From Minisyncoccota bacterium (GTDB lineage: Bacteria; Patescibacteriota; Minisyncoccia; UBA6257; GWB1-50-10), in the NCBI GenBank assembly GCA_040880505.1, contig JBBDIH010000212.1:22751-86750 (forward strand): a DNA stretch of 64,000 nucleotides, in the 5' to 3' direction. The notes beneath the pieces were generated by a model that was not told where the DNA came from, ran no database searches, and saw only the letters and a list, made by a program, of their open reading frames with translations. This document shows, one piece after another, positions 18,962 to 29,901 of the stretch (its first letter is position 1; each line of letters opens with the position of its first letter). Made by a program: the position numbers and the translations under genes.

Positions 18962-21094
18962 ATGGCAAGAAAATACCCACTTAAAAAAGTTAGAGATATT
19001 GGAATTATTGCTCACATTGACGCTGGTAAAACAACTGTTAGTGAGCGTATTCTTTTTTATACAGGAATTTCTCATAAGATAGGTGAAACTCACGAAGGTG
19101 AGTCTGTGATGGACTGGATGGAACAAGAAAGAGAAAGAGGCATTACAATCACTTCAGCTGCTACAACTTGTTTTTGGACACCATTTCACAAAAGATTTGG
19201 AGTTGAAGATCCAGATAAATTACAAGAATTAAAAGATGAATTTGAACACAGAGTAAATATTATTGATACTCCAGGACATATTGATTTTACAGTAGAAGTA
19301 AAAAGATCATTAAGAGTTCTTGATGGTGCTGTAGTTATTTTTGATGGTGTGGCTGGTGTAGAACCTCAATCAGAAACTAACTGGCATTATGCAGATGAAT
19401 ATAAGGTGCCTAGATTTTGCTTTATTAATAAAATGGATAGAACAGGTGCTAACTTTGAAAAGAGCTATCAATCTATCCTAGAAAGATTAACTGACAAGGC
19501 TGTCCTTATTCAACTACCAATAGGTGCAGAAGCTAGTTTTGAAGGTGTAATAGACCTATTAACAGAAAAAGCCTACTACTTTAAAGGTGACCAAGGGCAA
19601 GACATTGAAGTAAAAGATGTTCCAGAAGAAATGAAGGAGCAAGTAAAAACAAAAAGAGCTGAATTAATAGAAAAAATTGCTGAAACAGATGAAGTATTAG
19701 TAGAAAAGTTTTTAGAAGGTAAAGAAATTACGTTAGAAGAATTAAAAGCAGCATTAAGAAAAGCTACTATTTCTCTTAAAATTATACCTGTACTTTGTGG
19801 TACTGCTTTGAAAAATAAAGGAATTCAATTACTTTTGGATGCTGTTATAGATTATTTACCTTCTCCTATGGATCTTCCTCCAGTTAAAGGTGAAGATCCA
19901 AAAACAGGAGAAGAAATAGAAAGAAAACCAGATGATGATGAGCCTGTATCAGCTTTAGCTTTTAAAATTGCTACAGATCCTTATGTTGGAACATTAACTT
20001 TCTTTAGACTTTATTCAGGTGTATTAAAGAAAGGAAGTTATGTTTATAACGCTACTAAAGAAGCTCAAGAAAGAGTAGGTAGAATGCTTAGAATGCATGC
20101 TAATCACCGTGAAGAAGTAGATGAAATACACGCTGGAGATCTTGGTGCTATTGTAGGATTAAAAAACACATCAACTGGGGATACTCTTACAGATCCAGAT
20201 CATCCAATTATTTTAGAAAACATTACATTCCCAGAACCTGTTATTTCTGTGAGAATTGAACCAAAAACAAAAGCAGACCAAGAAAAGATGGGTGTTGCTC
20301 TTAGAAAACTTCAAGACGAAGATCCAACATTTAGAGTTAGTTCTGATGAAGACACAGGTGAAACAATAATTTCTGGAATGGGAGAACTACATTTAGAAAT
20401 TATTATAGATAGACTTAAGAGAGAATTTAGTGTTGAAGCTAATATGGGAAGACCTCAAGTTGCTTATAAAGAAACTATTAAAGGTAGTGCCAAAGCTGAA
20501 GGTAAATATATTAGACAGTCTGGTGGTAGAGGACAGTATGGTCACGTTAAAATTAAAATAGATACCCTGGATAGAGGAACTGGATTTGAATTTGTTGATG
20601 AAATTAAAGGAGGAAGTATTCCTCAAGAATTTATTCCTGCTGTTGAGAAGGGCATAAAAGAAGCAATGGATAAAGGTATTTTAGCTGGTTATCCTATGAC
20701 CGATATAAAAGTTGCTCTTTATGATGGCTCTTTTCATGAAGTAGACTCTTCAGACGGCGCTTTTAAAATTGCTGGCTCAATGGCTTTTCAAGACGCAGCT
20801 AAAAGAGCTGGACTTTGTTTAATTGAACCTGTCATGAAGGTTGCTGTAGTAACACCAGATGAATTTCTTGGTGATGTAACTGGAGACGTTAATTCTAAGA
20901 GAGGAAAAATAAATAAAATGGAAGATAGAGATAAAATCAGGTTAATTGAAGCTATGGTTCCTCTTTCTGAAATGTTTGGTTACTCAACCATATTAAGATC
21001 AATGACTCAAGGTAGAGGCTCTTTCTCTATGGAGTTTGATCACTACGACGTTATTCCTCAAAATGTTGCAGAAGAATTAGTCGGAAATAATTAA
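18962..21094 (+). CDS. fusA: Elongation factor G
   Basis: [37 protein letters not shown]. Confidence 0.99.
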   Translation: MARKYPLKKVRDIGIIAHIDAGKTTVSERILFYTGISHKIGETHEGESVMDWMEQERERGITITSAATTCFWTPFHKRFGVEDPDKLQELKDEFEHRVNIIDTPGHIDFTVEVKRSLRVLDGAVVIFDGVAGVEPQSETNWHYADEYKVPRFCFINKMDRTGANFEKSYQSILERLTDKAVLIQLPIGAEASFEGVIDLLTEKAYYFKGDQGQDIEVKDVPEEMKEQVKTKRAELIEKIAETDEVLVEKFLEGKEITLEELKAALRKATISLKIIPVLCGTALKNKGIQLLLDAVIDYLPSPMDLPPVKGEDPKTGEEIERKPDDDEPVSALAFKIATDPYVGTLTFFRLYSGVLKKGSYVYNATKEAQERVGRMLRMHANHREEVDEIHAGDLGAIVGLKNTSTGDTLTDPDHPIILENITFPEPVISVRIEPKTKADQEKMGVALRKLQDEDPTFRVSSDEDTGETIISGMGELHLEIIIDRLKREFSVEANMGRPQVAYKETIKGSAKAEGKYIRQSGGRGQYGHVKIKIDTLDRGTGFEFVDEIKGGSIPQEFIPAVEKGIKEAMDKGILAGYPMTDIKVALYDGSFHEVDSSDGAFKIAGSMAFQDAAKRAGLCLIEPVMKVAVVTPDEFLGDVTGDVNSKRGKINKMEDRDKIRLIEAMVPLSEMFGYSTILRSMTQGRGSFSMEFDHYDVIPQNVAEELVGNN

Positions 21095-21106
21095 AAACAA
21101 AATAAA

Positions 21107-21571
21107 ATGAATAAAAAAGGATTAATAGTAGCATTAATTATTGTTATTGTTATTGTTATTGCTATTGGAGCTATATTATTTTTTAACCCTTCAGAAAATG
21201 AAGTAATTAATGAAGAAGAAATAATAGTAAATGAAAATGAAGAAAGTTTTGTAATAGAAGACAGTGTAGTAACTTACACTGATTCTGGTTTTTCACCAAA
21301 TGAAATAACCATAGAAGAAGGTGGTGTAGTTACTTTTGTAAATGAAAGCTCAAAGGATATGTGGGTTGCTTCTGATTTGCATCCAACTCATGAGAACTAC
21401 AGTGGAACATCCCTGCAGGAGCATTGTAGTGATGAAGGAGTAACATCTTTTGATGCTTGTGGAAGATTTTCTACAGGTGATAGTTGGTCATTTACTTTTG
21501 GTCAACCAGGAGAATGGAGTTATCATAATCATTCGTCTGCATCTGACACAGGAGTTGTTATTGTAGAGTAA
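21107..21571 (+). CDS. Membrane-anchored cupredoxin/plastocyanin-like domain protein
   Basis: TM helix; GFSPNEITI..G..VTFVN, ASDLHPTH, WSFTF..PGEWSYHNH....GVVIV. Confidence 0.75.
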   Translation: MNKKGLIVALIIVIVIVIAIGAILFFNPSENEVINEEEIIVNENEESFVIEDSVVTYTDSGFSPNEITIEEGGVVTFVNESSKDMWVASDLHPTHENYSGTSLQEHCSDEGVTSFDACGRFSTGDSWSFTFGQPGEWSYHNHSSASDTGVVIVE

Positions 21572-21592
21572 ATTGGGTTATTGTAATAAGTA

Positions 21593-23299
21593 ATGCCAAG
21601 TGATGTAGAAAGAATAAAAGATAAGATTGATGTAGTTGATCTTATAAAATCTTACGTAAATTTAAATCCAGCTGGAAAGAATTTTAAAGGTCTTTGTCCC
21701 TTTCACCAAGAGAAGACACCATCTTTTATGGTTTCTCCCGAACGCCAGATATGGCATTGTTTCGGATGTGGAGAGGGAGGAGACCTTATTAAATTTGTAA
21801 TGAAATATGAAAATTTGGATTTTCCAGAGGCTTTAAGATTTTTAGCAGATAAAGCTGGAATAGAAATAAAGACTTTTAGCAAGGGTGAGCAAAAAATATT
21901 TGATACTTTATATGAGATTAATGAAAAATCAAAACATTTTTTTGTAGAAAAATTAAGCAAAAATAAAGAAGCCCTAAAATATTTAGAAGACAGGGGCTTA
22001 TCCAAAGAAACAATAGAAGAATTTGAGTTAGGCTATGCTCCAGGAGGAGAAGAGCTAACAAAACATTTATTACAATTAGGCTACAAAATAGATGAAATAG
22101 AAAAAGCAGGTGTATCAACAAAAAGAAGTTCAGGCCTGTACAAGGACAGATTCATAAAAAGAATAATATTTCCTATAGTAAGCGAAATTGATAGAACAGT
22201 AGCTTTTACCGGTAGAGTTTTTACTAAAGATGAAGTTTATGAAAATATTCCAAAATATCTTAACAGTCCAGCTAGTCCCATATATAAAAAATCAAAGATT
22301 TTATATGGCTTTAACAAAACAAAGATTCATATAAAAAAGAAAAAGGCTGCCTTGGTAGTTGAAGGTAATATGGATTTATTAATGTCTTATCAGTACGGAA
22401 TTAAGAACATTGTTGCTGTTTCGGGAACAGCTCTTACTAAACAACACTTAGAAAAATTAAGAAGAATAACAGATACAGTTATACTTACTTTTGATAATGA
22501 TCAAGGAGGTCTGAGAGCATTAGAAAAATCATTAGATATATTTAGTAAACTAGATTTTCACACAAAAGCTGTAAATTTAGGAAAATATAAAGATCCAGCC
22601 GAAGCTCTTATAGATGATTCTAGTTTTTTTAAGAAATCACTTAAAGAAGCAAAACCAGCATTTGAGCGTTTAATTAATTTTTATTTTTCGAATAAAAAAC
22701 CATTAAGCATAAATAGAAAAAAGAAGATAGTAAGACATGTATTAAGTAAAATAGAAAAAATAGACAGCAAAATAGAGCAAGATATTTGGCTATCTAAATT
22801 ATCAGAGAAATCAGGAGTATCAGAAACATCTTTAAGAGGAGAAATGACTAATAAAAATGAAAAATCAACTAAAAAGGTCAATTTAAATGAGAAAATTGAT
22901 AAAACAAATAACAAGAGTAGGTATGAATTAGTTTCAGAAAGATTAATAACACTAGCCTTTACCAAAGAGAAGTTTTTAACTATATTAAAAGAAAATCAAA
23001 ACATTTTTCCTGAAAAGTATAGGAAAGTAATAGATAACCCCAAAAATGAACTAGCGGGGTTAATAGATTTAAAGTCTAGTTTTATTTCTGAGAATGTTTC
23101 TGACAAAGATTTAGAGGATGAATTTACTGAATTAATAAAATCAATCAAGATAGAATTTTTGATGAATAGGAGTAATGAATTAAAAAAATTAAAAGAAAAG
23201 GCTTCTACAGAAAAAGAAAAAGAAGAGCTAGTCGCTAGATTAGATAAAATTTATAAAACCATAAATTCTTTAAAAAACGAAGATAAAAAAACTTATTAA
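21593..23299 (+). CDS. dnaG: DNA primase
   Basis: CPFH...CFGC zinc finger, PKYLNSP, VEG.MD and FDND TOPRIM motifs. Confidence 0.97.
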   Translation: MPSDVERIKDKIDVVDLIKSYVNLNPAGKNFKGLCPFHQEKTPSFMVSPERQIWHCFGCGEGGDLIKFVMKYENLDFPEALRFLADKAGIEIKTFSKGEQKIFDTLYEINEKSKHFFVEKLSKNKEALKYLEDRGLSKETIEEFELGYAPGGEELTKHLLQLGYKIDEIEKAGVSTKRSSGLYKDRFIKRIIFPIVSEIDRTVAFTGRVFTKDEVYENIPKYLNSPASPIYKKSKILYGFNKTKIHIKKKKAALVVEGNMDLLMSYQYGIKNIVAVSGTALTKQHLEKLRRITDTVILTFDNDQGGLRALEKSLDIFSKLDFHTKAVNLGKYKDPAEALIDDSSFFKKSLKEAKPAFERLINFYFSNKKPLSINRKKKIVRHVLSKIEKIDSKIEQDIWLSKLSEKSGVSETSLRGEMTNKNEKSTKKVNLNEKIDKTNNKSRYELVSERLITLAFTKEKFLTILKENQNIFPEKYRKVIDNPKNELAGLIDLKSSFISENVSDKDLEDEFTELIKSIKIEFLMNRSNELKKLKEKASTEKEKEELVARLDKIYKTINSLKNEDKKTY

Positions 23300-23307
23300 A
23301 AAATAAA

Positions 23308-24567
23308 ATGCCAAAAAAGAAAACAACAAAAAGAAGAAAAAGATGTCCTAAGTGTGGAAAACTTTATTATAAATTAGGACCTCATATGGCTGTTCATAAG
23401 AAAAAAACTAAACCAAAGAAAAAGAAAAAGGAATCTTCAAAAACAAAAGTAACTAAAAAGAAAGCAAAGAAAAAAACTAAGAAAGAAATAAAACAAGAAG
23501 AAAAAGAACAGGCTTTGAAGAGTCTTATAGAAAGAGGTGCTAGTAGAGGATTTGTTACTGACTCAGAAGTATTAAACTACTTTCCTAAAATAGAGGAACA
23601 TATAGAGTTCATAGAAGAAGTTTATGACAAGCTAGCCGACGAAGGTATTAAGGTTAATCAGTCTGCTCCTTTAATGACTTCAGATTCAGATGATATAAGC
23701 ATTACAGAACTTAAAAAAGCCAGCAAAGTAAAACGTGGCTTACCTGATGTTGTTCAGATGTACTTGAAAGAAATTGGAAGAACACCTCTTCTTACAAAAA
23801 AAGAAGAAAGAGAATTAGCTAAAAGAATTGAACAAAACGATGAAGACGCTAGAAAGAACCTTGTTCAAGCAAACTTAAGACTTGTTGTTTCTCTGGCTAA
23901 ACGTTATGTAAACAGGAGTCCACATTTAAGTATTTTAGACTTAATTCAAGAAGGTAATATTGGTTTAGCAAAGGCAGTAGAAAAATTTGATTACACAAAA
24001 GGATTTAAGTTTTCAACTTATGCTACTTGGTGGATAAGACAGGCAATAACCAGAGCTTTAGCTGACTACTCAAGAACTATTAGAATTCCTGTTCATATGG
24101 TTGAAACAATTACTAAACATTCTCAAGTAAGAAGACAGCTTATGCAGGAACTAGGAAGAGAACCTCTACCAGAAGAAATAGCTACAGAAATGAGTATTCC
24201 TGTAGAAAAAGTTAGATATGTTCAAAAGATATCCCAAGAAGTTATTTCTTTAGAGCTTCCTATAGGAGATGATGAAGAAGACTCAACTCTTTCTGATTTA
24301 ATAAAAGATGAACAAAGTTTATCTCCTGATCAAAGAGCTAGCCAAGCATTATTAAAAGAACAAATTAGTGATATTCTTGTAGATCTTACTGATAGAGAAC
24401 AAAAGATTCTTTCAATGAGATTTGGTTTAGAAGATAACATTACACATACCCTAGAAGAAGTTGGTAAAGTTTTTGGTGTTACTCGTGAAAGAATTAGACA
24501 GATTGAAGCAAAAGCTTTAGAAAAGATAAGAGAACACGACAAAGCAAAAGAACTAGAAGGATCTTAG
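23308..24567 (+). CDS. rpoD: Primary sigma factor RpoD with Lys-rich, zinc-finger-like N-terminal extension
   Basis: [34 protein letters not shown] and TLEEVG...TRERIRQIE motifs; follows dnaG. Confidence 0.97.
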   Translation: MPKKKTTKRRKRCPKCGKLYYKLGPHMAVHKKKTKPKKKKKESSKTKVTKKKAKKKTKKEIKQEEKEQALKSLIERGASRGFVTDSEVLNYFPKIEEHIEFIEEVYDKLADEGIKVNQSAPLMTSDSDDISITELKKASKVKRGLPDVVQMYLKEIGRTPLLTKKEERELAKRIEQNDEDARKNLVQANLRLVVSLAKRYVNRSPHLSILDLIQEGNIGLAKAVEKFDYTKGFKFSTYATWWIRQAITRALADYSRTIRIPVHMVETITKHSQVRRQLMQELGREPLPEEIATEMSIPVEKVRYVQKISQEVISLELPIGDDEEDSTLSDLIKDEQSLSPDQRASQALLKEQISDILVDLTDREQKILSMRFGLEDNITHTLEEVGKVFGVTRERIRQIEAKALEKIREHDKAKELEGS

Positions 24568-24591
24568 AAAAAGTTATCCCCAGAAATTTAT
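24568..24591. repeat. Dispersed palindromic repeat, copy 3 (left arm only)
   Basis: AAAAAGTTATCCCCAGAAATTTAT fills most of the 28-bp rpoD-alaS gap. Confidence 0.9.
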
Positions 24592-24595
24592 AACT

Positions 24596-26416
24596 ATGAA
24601 AAGTAATGAAATAAGAGAAAAGTTTTTAAAATATTTTGAAGACAAAGGTCACGCAGTAATCCCTTCTGCCTCTCTTGTTCCAGAAGGAGACGCATCAACC
24701 CTGTTTACTACCGCTGGAATGCAGCCCTTAGTGCCTTATCTACTAGGAGAAACGCATCCAAAGGGTAATAGACTAGTTAATACCCAGAAGTGCCTAAGAA
24801 CGGGTGATATAGACGAGGTAGGTGATAATACTCATCTTACCTTTTTTGAGATGCTTGGTAACTGGTCTTTAGGTGATTACTGGAAAGAAGAGGCAATAGA
24901 GTGGAGCTATGATTTTTTAATAAATGAAGAAGAAGGATTAGGATTAGATTTAGAGAGGATTTATGTAACTGTTTTTGGAGGAGAAGGAAGTATTCCAAAA
25001 GATGATGAATCAAAAGCTATTTGGATTAAAAATGGAGTCCCAGAAGAAAGAATATTTTATAGAGGATCTAAAGATAATTTTTGGAGTCCAGGAGATAATG
25101 GACCTTGTGGTCCAAGTACGGAAATATTTTATGACCTAACAGGTAATTTAAGTATTAATTCTCCAGAAGAATTTGAAAAAGCAGATAAAGATCAAAAGGT
25201 AGTTGAAATTTGGAATAACGTGTTTATGGAATACAACAAAAAAGATGGAGAAGTAATTGGAGAATTGAAACAAAAAAATGTTGATACTGGGATGGGACTA
25301 GAAAGGATTACGGCTGTTAAGCAGAAAACTACTGATCCTTATAAAACAGATTTATTTACTTCTATATTTTCTGTTATTGATAAATATAATGATTCAATTA
25401 AAGAGTCTTCTAAAAGAATAATTGCTGATCACATGAGAGCAGTTTGTTTTGCTATTAGTGATGGAGTTAATCCCAGCAATACAGATAAAGGATATGTTGT
25501 TCGTAGATTAATAAGACGCTTAGCCTTTAAGCTTTATCAGAATAAAATAAAAGATATTAAATGGATAAAAGATATAGTTTTTGTTGTGGTAAAAAATTAC
25601 AAAGGCTTTTTCTCAGAATTAGGAGACTCAGAAAAAATAATAAAAACTATAAAAGAAGAAGTACATAGTTTTTATTCAACATTAGAAAATGGCTTGAAGG
25701 TTTTTAATAAACTGAAAGCATCAAAAGTAGAGCCAGGGAAAAAAATAAATATATCTAAACAAATTGATGTAATTACTGCAGAAGACGCATTCTTACTTTT
25801 TTCTACACATGGATTTCCTGTTGAGTTAACAAAAGAAATTACAAAAGAAAAAGAAATGAAATTAGAGAATGATTTCGATAATAAATTTAATAACCTATAT
25901 GAAGAGCATCAAGAAAGATCAAAATCAGCTACAGCGGGTAAATTTAAAGGAGGATTAGCTGATCATGGTGAGGAAACTGTAAGACTTCATACCGTACACC
26001 ACTTGTTATTAGCTGCACTTCAAGAAGTTCTTGGTCCAGAGGTTAAACAAAGAGGCAGTAATATTACTCCAGAAAGATTAAGAATAGATTTTTCATTTGA
26101 TAGAAAACTAACAGACGAAGAAAAATCTAAGGTTGAAGAGCTTGTTAATGAATGGATTAAAAAAGATATGAAGGTTATTAGAAAAGAAATGAGCAAAGAA
26201 GAAGCTGAAAAAATTGGAGCAGAGATGGAGTTTGGAGCAAAATATCCGGACATGGTTTCAGTTTATTTCATAGAAGATGAAGATGGTAAAGTAGTATCAA
26301 AAGAATTTTGTGGTGGACCTCATGTTAAAAAGACTAGTGAAATAGGAAGTTTTAAATTAAAAAAAGAACAATCCTCATCAAAGGGTATTAGAAGAATAAA
26401 GGGAGTCATAAAATAA
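24596..26416 (+). CDS. alaS: Alanine--tRNA ligase (606 aa, no C-Ala domain)
   Basis: LFTTAGMQP, HLTFFEMLGNWS, VDTGMGLER; editing motifs HTVHH and CGGPH. Confidence 0.97.
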   Translation: MKSNEIREKFLKYFEDKGHAVIPSASLVPEGDASTLFTTAGMQPLVPYLLGETHPKGNRLVNTQKCLRTGDIDEVGDNTHLTFFEMLGNWSLGDYWKEEAIEWSYDFLINEEEGLGLDLERIYVTVFGGEGSIPKDDESKAIWIKNGVPEERIFYRGSKDNFWSPGDNGPCGPSTEIFYDLTGNLSINSPEEFEKADKDQKVVEIWNNVFMEYNKKDGEVIGELKQKNVDTGMGLERITAVKQKTTDPYKTDLFTSIFSVIDKYNDSIKESSKRIIADHMRAVCFAISDGVNPSNTDKGYVVRRLIRRLAFKLYQNKIKDIKWIKDIVFVVVKNYKGFFSELGDSEKIIKTIKEEVHSFYSTLENGLKVFNKLKASKVEPGKKINISKQIDVITAEDAFLLFSTHGFPVELTKEITKEKEMKLENDFDNKFNNLYEEHQERSKSATAGKFKGGLADHGEETVRLHTVHHLLLAALQEVLGPEVKQRGSNITPERLRIDFSFDRKLTDEEKSKVEELVNEWIKKDMKVIRKEMSKEEAEKIGAEMEFGAKYPDMVSVYFIEDEDGKVVSKEFCGGPHVKKTSEIGSFKLKKEQSSSKGIRRIKGVIK

Positions 26417-26448
26417 AAAAAGGCGGTTTAGATATCATCTAAACCGCC
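26415..26448 (-). terminator. Intrinsic terminator oriented for a minus-strand transcript
   Basis: 12-bp perfect stem GGCGGTTTAGAT atc ATCTAAACCGCC with an A-tract on its left only, giving a U-tract on the minus strand. Confidence 0.7.
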
Positions 26449-26564
26449 ATGAGTAGAAAGGAGTACCGACATAAATCGGTATTCACGGAGTCAGGAAAAA
26501 TTGTTTATTTTCTATAAATAGTTTTATCATTTACTCTTAATAAAGTCAAGGTTTTTATTTCTTG

Positions 26565-26593
26565 TTGACAATTCTTCTCTAATAGCATAGATT
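26565..26593 (+). promoter_or_regulatory. Sigma70 promoter of the cold-shock protein gene
   Basis: TTGACA-17 bp-TAGATT, followed by a ~70-nt 5'UTR. Confidence 0.7.
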
Positions 26594-26667
26594 TAGTTAT
26601 TGCAGATATAGTGGGGAGTGGTCGAGTCTACATATATTTAGTAATAAAAAAATTAAAATTTTATTTA

Positions 26668-26865
26668 ATGCAAGGAAAAATTAAAAAACTTAGCCAAAAC
26701 GGTTTCGGCTTTATCGAAAGAGAAGGCGAAGAAAAAGATTTATTCTTTCACGCAAACAATCTTGAAGGCGTTGATTTTGACAGCCTAAGAGAAGGTGAAG
26801 AAGTATCTTTTGAAGTTGAAGACTCTGAAAAGGGTCCTAGAGCTATAAACATAGCTAAAGCGTAA
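26668..26865 (+). CDS. Cold shock domain protein (CspA family)
   Basis: MQGKIK...GFGFI...DLFFH...GPRA; ATG 26668 gives 65 aa. Confidence 0.95.
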   Translation: MQGKIKKLSQNGFGFIEREGEEKDLFFHANNLEGVDFDSLREGEEVSFEVEDSEKGPRAINIAKA

Positions 26866-26886
26866 GTAACCCTTACACTAAAGCTT

Positions 26887-26918
26887 AAAACCACCGATCT
26901 TACTGATCGGTGGTTTTT
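26887..26918 (+). terminator. Intrinsic terminator after csp
   Basis: AAAACCACCGATC ttact GATCGGTGGTTTTT. Confidence 0.85.
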
Positions 26919-26949
26919 ATTAATAGAAGCAATGATATAATACTTATGA

Positions 26950-28059
26950 GTGATGAAAAAAATAGAGAAATATATAGTATTTGAAGAATCAGAAACTTTT
27001 TTAAGAAAAGTAGATTTTAATATTAATAATAAAGATTTTATTTTAGAGGTTATAAATTCCCAAAAAATAAAAAGCATAGAAGAATTAAATAAACAAAACA
27101 TAAAAGCAGACAAGATTATTCTAGCTTTAAAAGGGGATAAAGCGACTACAGTAGAAGGATCATTTAAAATAGAAAGATCAACACCTGATTCTCCGATAAC
27201 AGAAAGTGAATTAGATAACTTAGTTTTTAAAGGACTTTGGGAATTTTTAAATAAATATAGAACTTGGGCTTCAAATAAAATGGGAATATCAGATTTAGAT
27301 ATGACTTTATATGGTATAGAAGTAGCAGATATTTTAATTGATTCCCATAATGTAATTGATCCAGTTGGCATAAAGGGTAAAAATTTTTATATAAAAATAA
27401 AAGGAACATTTATACCTAGAGATGTTTTATCTTATGTTTCTGAGTTTAATTTTTTTGGCAAAACTTTAGAAGTAATAGAAAAAAACAGCACAACATCGTC
27501 TTTATTATCTGATAGAGAAGGCTTCGTCTTAAATTGCGGAACAGAAAAAACAGAGTTGTTTAGTATAAAGAATAATAATGTTTCTTTTAAAAAATCTTTT
27601 GACTGGGGTTTAGATTTGTTAATTAATGAAGTAAGCAAGTTACTAAAAACAAATAAGCAAGACTCTAAATCTATATTAAATAGGTACTTTAATAAAAGAG
27701 TTTCTAGCAAACTTAAAAGAAGAATAGATAAGTCTATAAAACCCCATTTTAAAAAAATAAACGATATTATAAAATCAATTTCTTTAAGTAAAAAAGAAAA
27801 AATATACATTAATATACAAAAAAATATATTTGAAAATAATCTTAAAAAGAAAAAATCATTAAATCATATAAACTTTAAAGAAATACTAGAATTAAAAGAA
27901 TTAAATGTTATTATTAATCTAAAGGAAGAGGATGAAATTAACCTAAATAGTGACTACCTAGCTTTAGTTGGTTGTTATATATTTTATTCTCCTCATTATG
28001 ATAATTTGAATAAAATTTTAAATAGAAGATCTAAATGGTTAGTACCAAATAAAAAATGA
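26950..28059 (+). CDS. Degenerate FtsA-like (actin/ASKHA-fold) protein
   Basis: ITESELD and IDSHNVIDPVGIKGK (SHS2-like); LNCGTEKT and FDWG resemble degenerate FtsA motifs. Confidence 0.5.
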   Translation: MMKKIEKYIVFEESETFLRKVDFNINNKDFILEVINSQKIKSIEELNKQNIKADKIILALKGDKATTVEGSFKIERSTPDSPITESELDNLVFKGLWEFLNKYRTWASNKMGISDLDMTLYGIEVADILIDSHNVIDPVGIKGKNFYIKIKGTFIPRDVLSYVSEFNFFGKTLEVIEKNSTTSSLLSDREGFVLNCGTEKTELFSIKNNNVSFKKSFDWGLDLLINEVSKLLKTNKQDSKSILNRYFNKRVSSKLKRRIDKSIKPHFKKINDIIKSISLSKKEKIYINIQKNIFENNLKKKKSLNHINFKEILELKELNVIINLKEEDEINLNSDYLALVGCYIFYSPHYDNLNKILNRRSKWLVPNKK

Positions 28060-29642
28060 GCAAAATAAACAAAATATTTCTAGATCCAGAACAGGACGTA
28101 GATAGTATTTTAGAAGAAATAGAGAACTCTAGTGCTTCTACAATAATTTTAAACATACCTGATGATTCTATTTTAAAAGATGATCCAGATAACTTTCACT
28201 CTATTAAAGAAGTAGCTGATGAATTTGGAAAAGACGTGGCAATTGAATCAACAGATAAATCAATAGAAGAGATGGCTGAAGCAGCAAAAATAGAATCAGT
28301 AAACCCAATATTTGGAAAAAAAGAAAAATTTGTCTCTGATATAATTCCTAGAGGACGCTCCAAGGAAGAGGATGAAAAGAAAGATAAAGCTTATGCAGAT
28401 TTCTTCAATCACACTCCAAAAAGAAAACAAAATAAAAAAAATAAAGAAAAAAAGAAAAGAAACTTTAAATTATCCTTACCATCACCTAATAATAAGATTT
28501 TACTAGTTTCAGGAATTGTAATTTTGTTTTTAGGATTTATTACGGTAACAAAAATACTTCCTCAAGCAACAGTTTCAGTTTCTTTAGCTGAAACAGCAAT
28601 AAATTTAAATAATCAAATTAATATATCAACTGAAGTTAGCCAGTCAGAACTGAATAATAATGGCAATTTTACTTTTCCGGGAGAAATTATTAAATCCTCT
28701 AAAAATATAGAAATGTATTTTTCAGCTAGTGGAGAAGATGAAGTAGAAAGATATGCTACTGGAGAGATTTATATTTACAATGAATTCAGCTCATCTCCTC
28801 AGGTTCTTGTAGCTACTACAAGATTTGAGACTCCAGACGGAAAAATATATAGAATAAATGAGGCTGTTACAATTCCAGGAGCTGATGTTGAAAACGGAGT
28901 TATTACTCCATCAAGAATAAAAGTTTCGGTAACGGCTGATGAGTCAGGTGATGATTATAATCTTTCACCTGAAAGTGATCATATCTGGACCATTCCGGGG
29001 TTTAGAGAGTCAGGATTAATGGAAAGATATGAAGGATTTTATGCTATTCCAGATGGAGATATGATAGGGGGCTTTATAGGAAAAACTAATCTTCCAACAG
29101 AAGAAGACATAAACACAGCTAAAACAGAAGTAAGACAAGCTTTACTAGACTCTTTAAAAAATGAGATATTAATTATAGACTCTCCAGGATTTAAATTATT
29201 AGAAGAAGCTATAGAATTTGAAATTATAGAAGAACAAGTAAATGAAACAGTTAATCAAGATGGAATGTTTACAGTTTTTACTCAGGGAGAGCTAACTGTT
29301 TTTGTTTTTGAAGAAGATAAACTAAAACAAAGTTTAGTCACATCACTTGATCCAAGTATAGACTTTGATTTTTCCATAAATGAGGATAATATCGAATATA
29401 GTAATATCTCTGTAAATGAAGAAGAAGGTATTATGACTTTTGATATGACGGGTAGCTTGATGGTAGAACCAGTATTAGATGAAAATTCTTTTAAAGCTCA
29501 AATATTAGGAAAGCAAGAGATAGAAATAAGGTCAGTAATGTTTTCTATACCAAAATTAGAAAAAGCAGACGTAAGTCTTTGGCCTTTCTGGGTTAAGTCT
29601 ATACCAGATAGAGAAAACAAGGTTGACATAGTTTTCCAGTAA
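28056..29642 (+). CDS. Membrane-anchored baseplate J/gp47-like domain protein
   Basis: Single TM helix; ATGEIYIYN...QVLVATTRF...GKIYR...VTIPG...VTADESGDDYN; ends LWPFWVKSIP; ATGA overlap with the FtsA-like gene. Confidence 0.65.
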   Translation: MSKINKIFLDPEQDVDSILEEIENSSASTIILNIPDDSILKDDPDNFHSIKEVADEFGKDVAIESTDKSIEEMAEAAKIESVNPIFGKKEKFVSDIIPRGRSKEEDEKKDKAYADFFNHTPKRKQNKKNKEKKKRNFKLSLPSPNNKILLVSGIVILFLGFITVTKILPQATVSVSLAETAINLNNQINISTEVSQSELNNNGNFTFPGEIIKSSKNIEMYFSASGEDEVERYATGEIYIYNEFSSSPQVLVATTRFETPDGKIYRINEAVTIPGADVENGVITPSRIKVSVTADESGDDYNLSPESDHIWTIPGFRESGLMERYEGFYAIPDGDMIGGFIGKTNLPTEEDINTAKTEVRQALLDSLKNEILIIDSPGFKLLEEAIEFEIIEEQVNETVNQDGMFTVFTQGELTVFVFEEDKLKQSLVTSLDPSIDFDFSINEDNIEYSNISVNEEEGIMTFDMTGSLMVEPVLDENSFKAQILGKQEIEIRSVMFSIPKLEKADVSLWPFWVKSIPDRENKVDIVFQ

Positions 29643-29667
29643 ATATACAATGTTTGAACTGTAATTA

Positions 29668-29895
29668 ATGGCAGATAATAAAGTAATAAAACTCCAAGGG
29701 ACCGTGGAGGAGGCTTTACCAAGTCTCCTTTTCAGGGTTAGTGTAAAAATGCCTGACGACTCAGAAAGAGAGGTCTTGGCTCATTTAGCAGGCAAGATGA
29801 AAATGTATAGAATTAGAGTTGTTCCAGGAGATACAGTTACTGTAGAGATGCCAAACGAAAACAGCGAAAGAGGAAGAATTATAAGAAGATTATAA
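29668..29895 (+). CDS. infA: Translation initiation factor IF-1
   Basis: GTVEEALP..LFRV...LAHLAGKMK.YRIRV.PGD. Confidence 0.97.
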   Translation: MADNKVIKLQGTVEEALPSLLFRVSVKMPDDSEREVLAHLAGKMKMYRIRVVPGDTVTVEMPNENSERGRIIRRL

Positions 29896-29901
29896 AAAAT
29901 T

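Noticed and set aside
23438-23456. 19-nt identity (CAAAAACAAAAGTAACTAA) between the rpoD and rpsI (33066) N-terminal tails
   Set aside because: A-rich, low-complexity Lys/Thr codons; chance or convergence is sufficient.
26748-27371. 207-aa minus-strand ORF and the other short antisense or alternate-frame ORFs in the track
   Set aside because: They overlap well-supported genes and have no recognisable motifs; treated as shadow ORFs.
28056-29642. Prophage or contractile injection system suggested by the baseplate-J-like gene
   Set aside because: No other structural phage genes; the protein is TM-anchored and sits among housekeeping genes.
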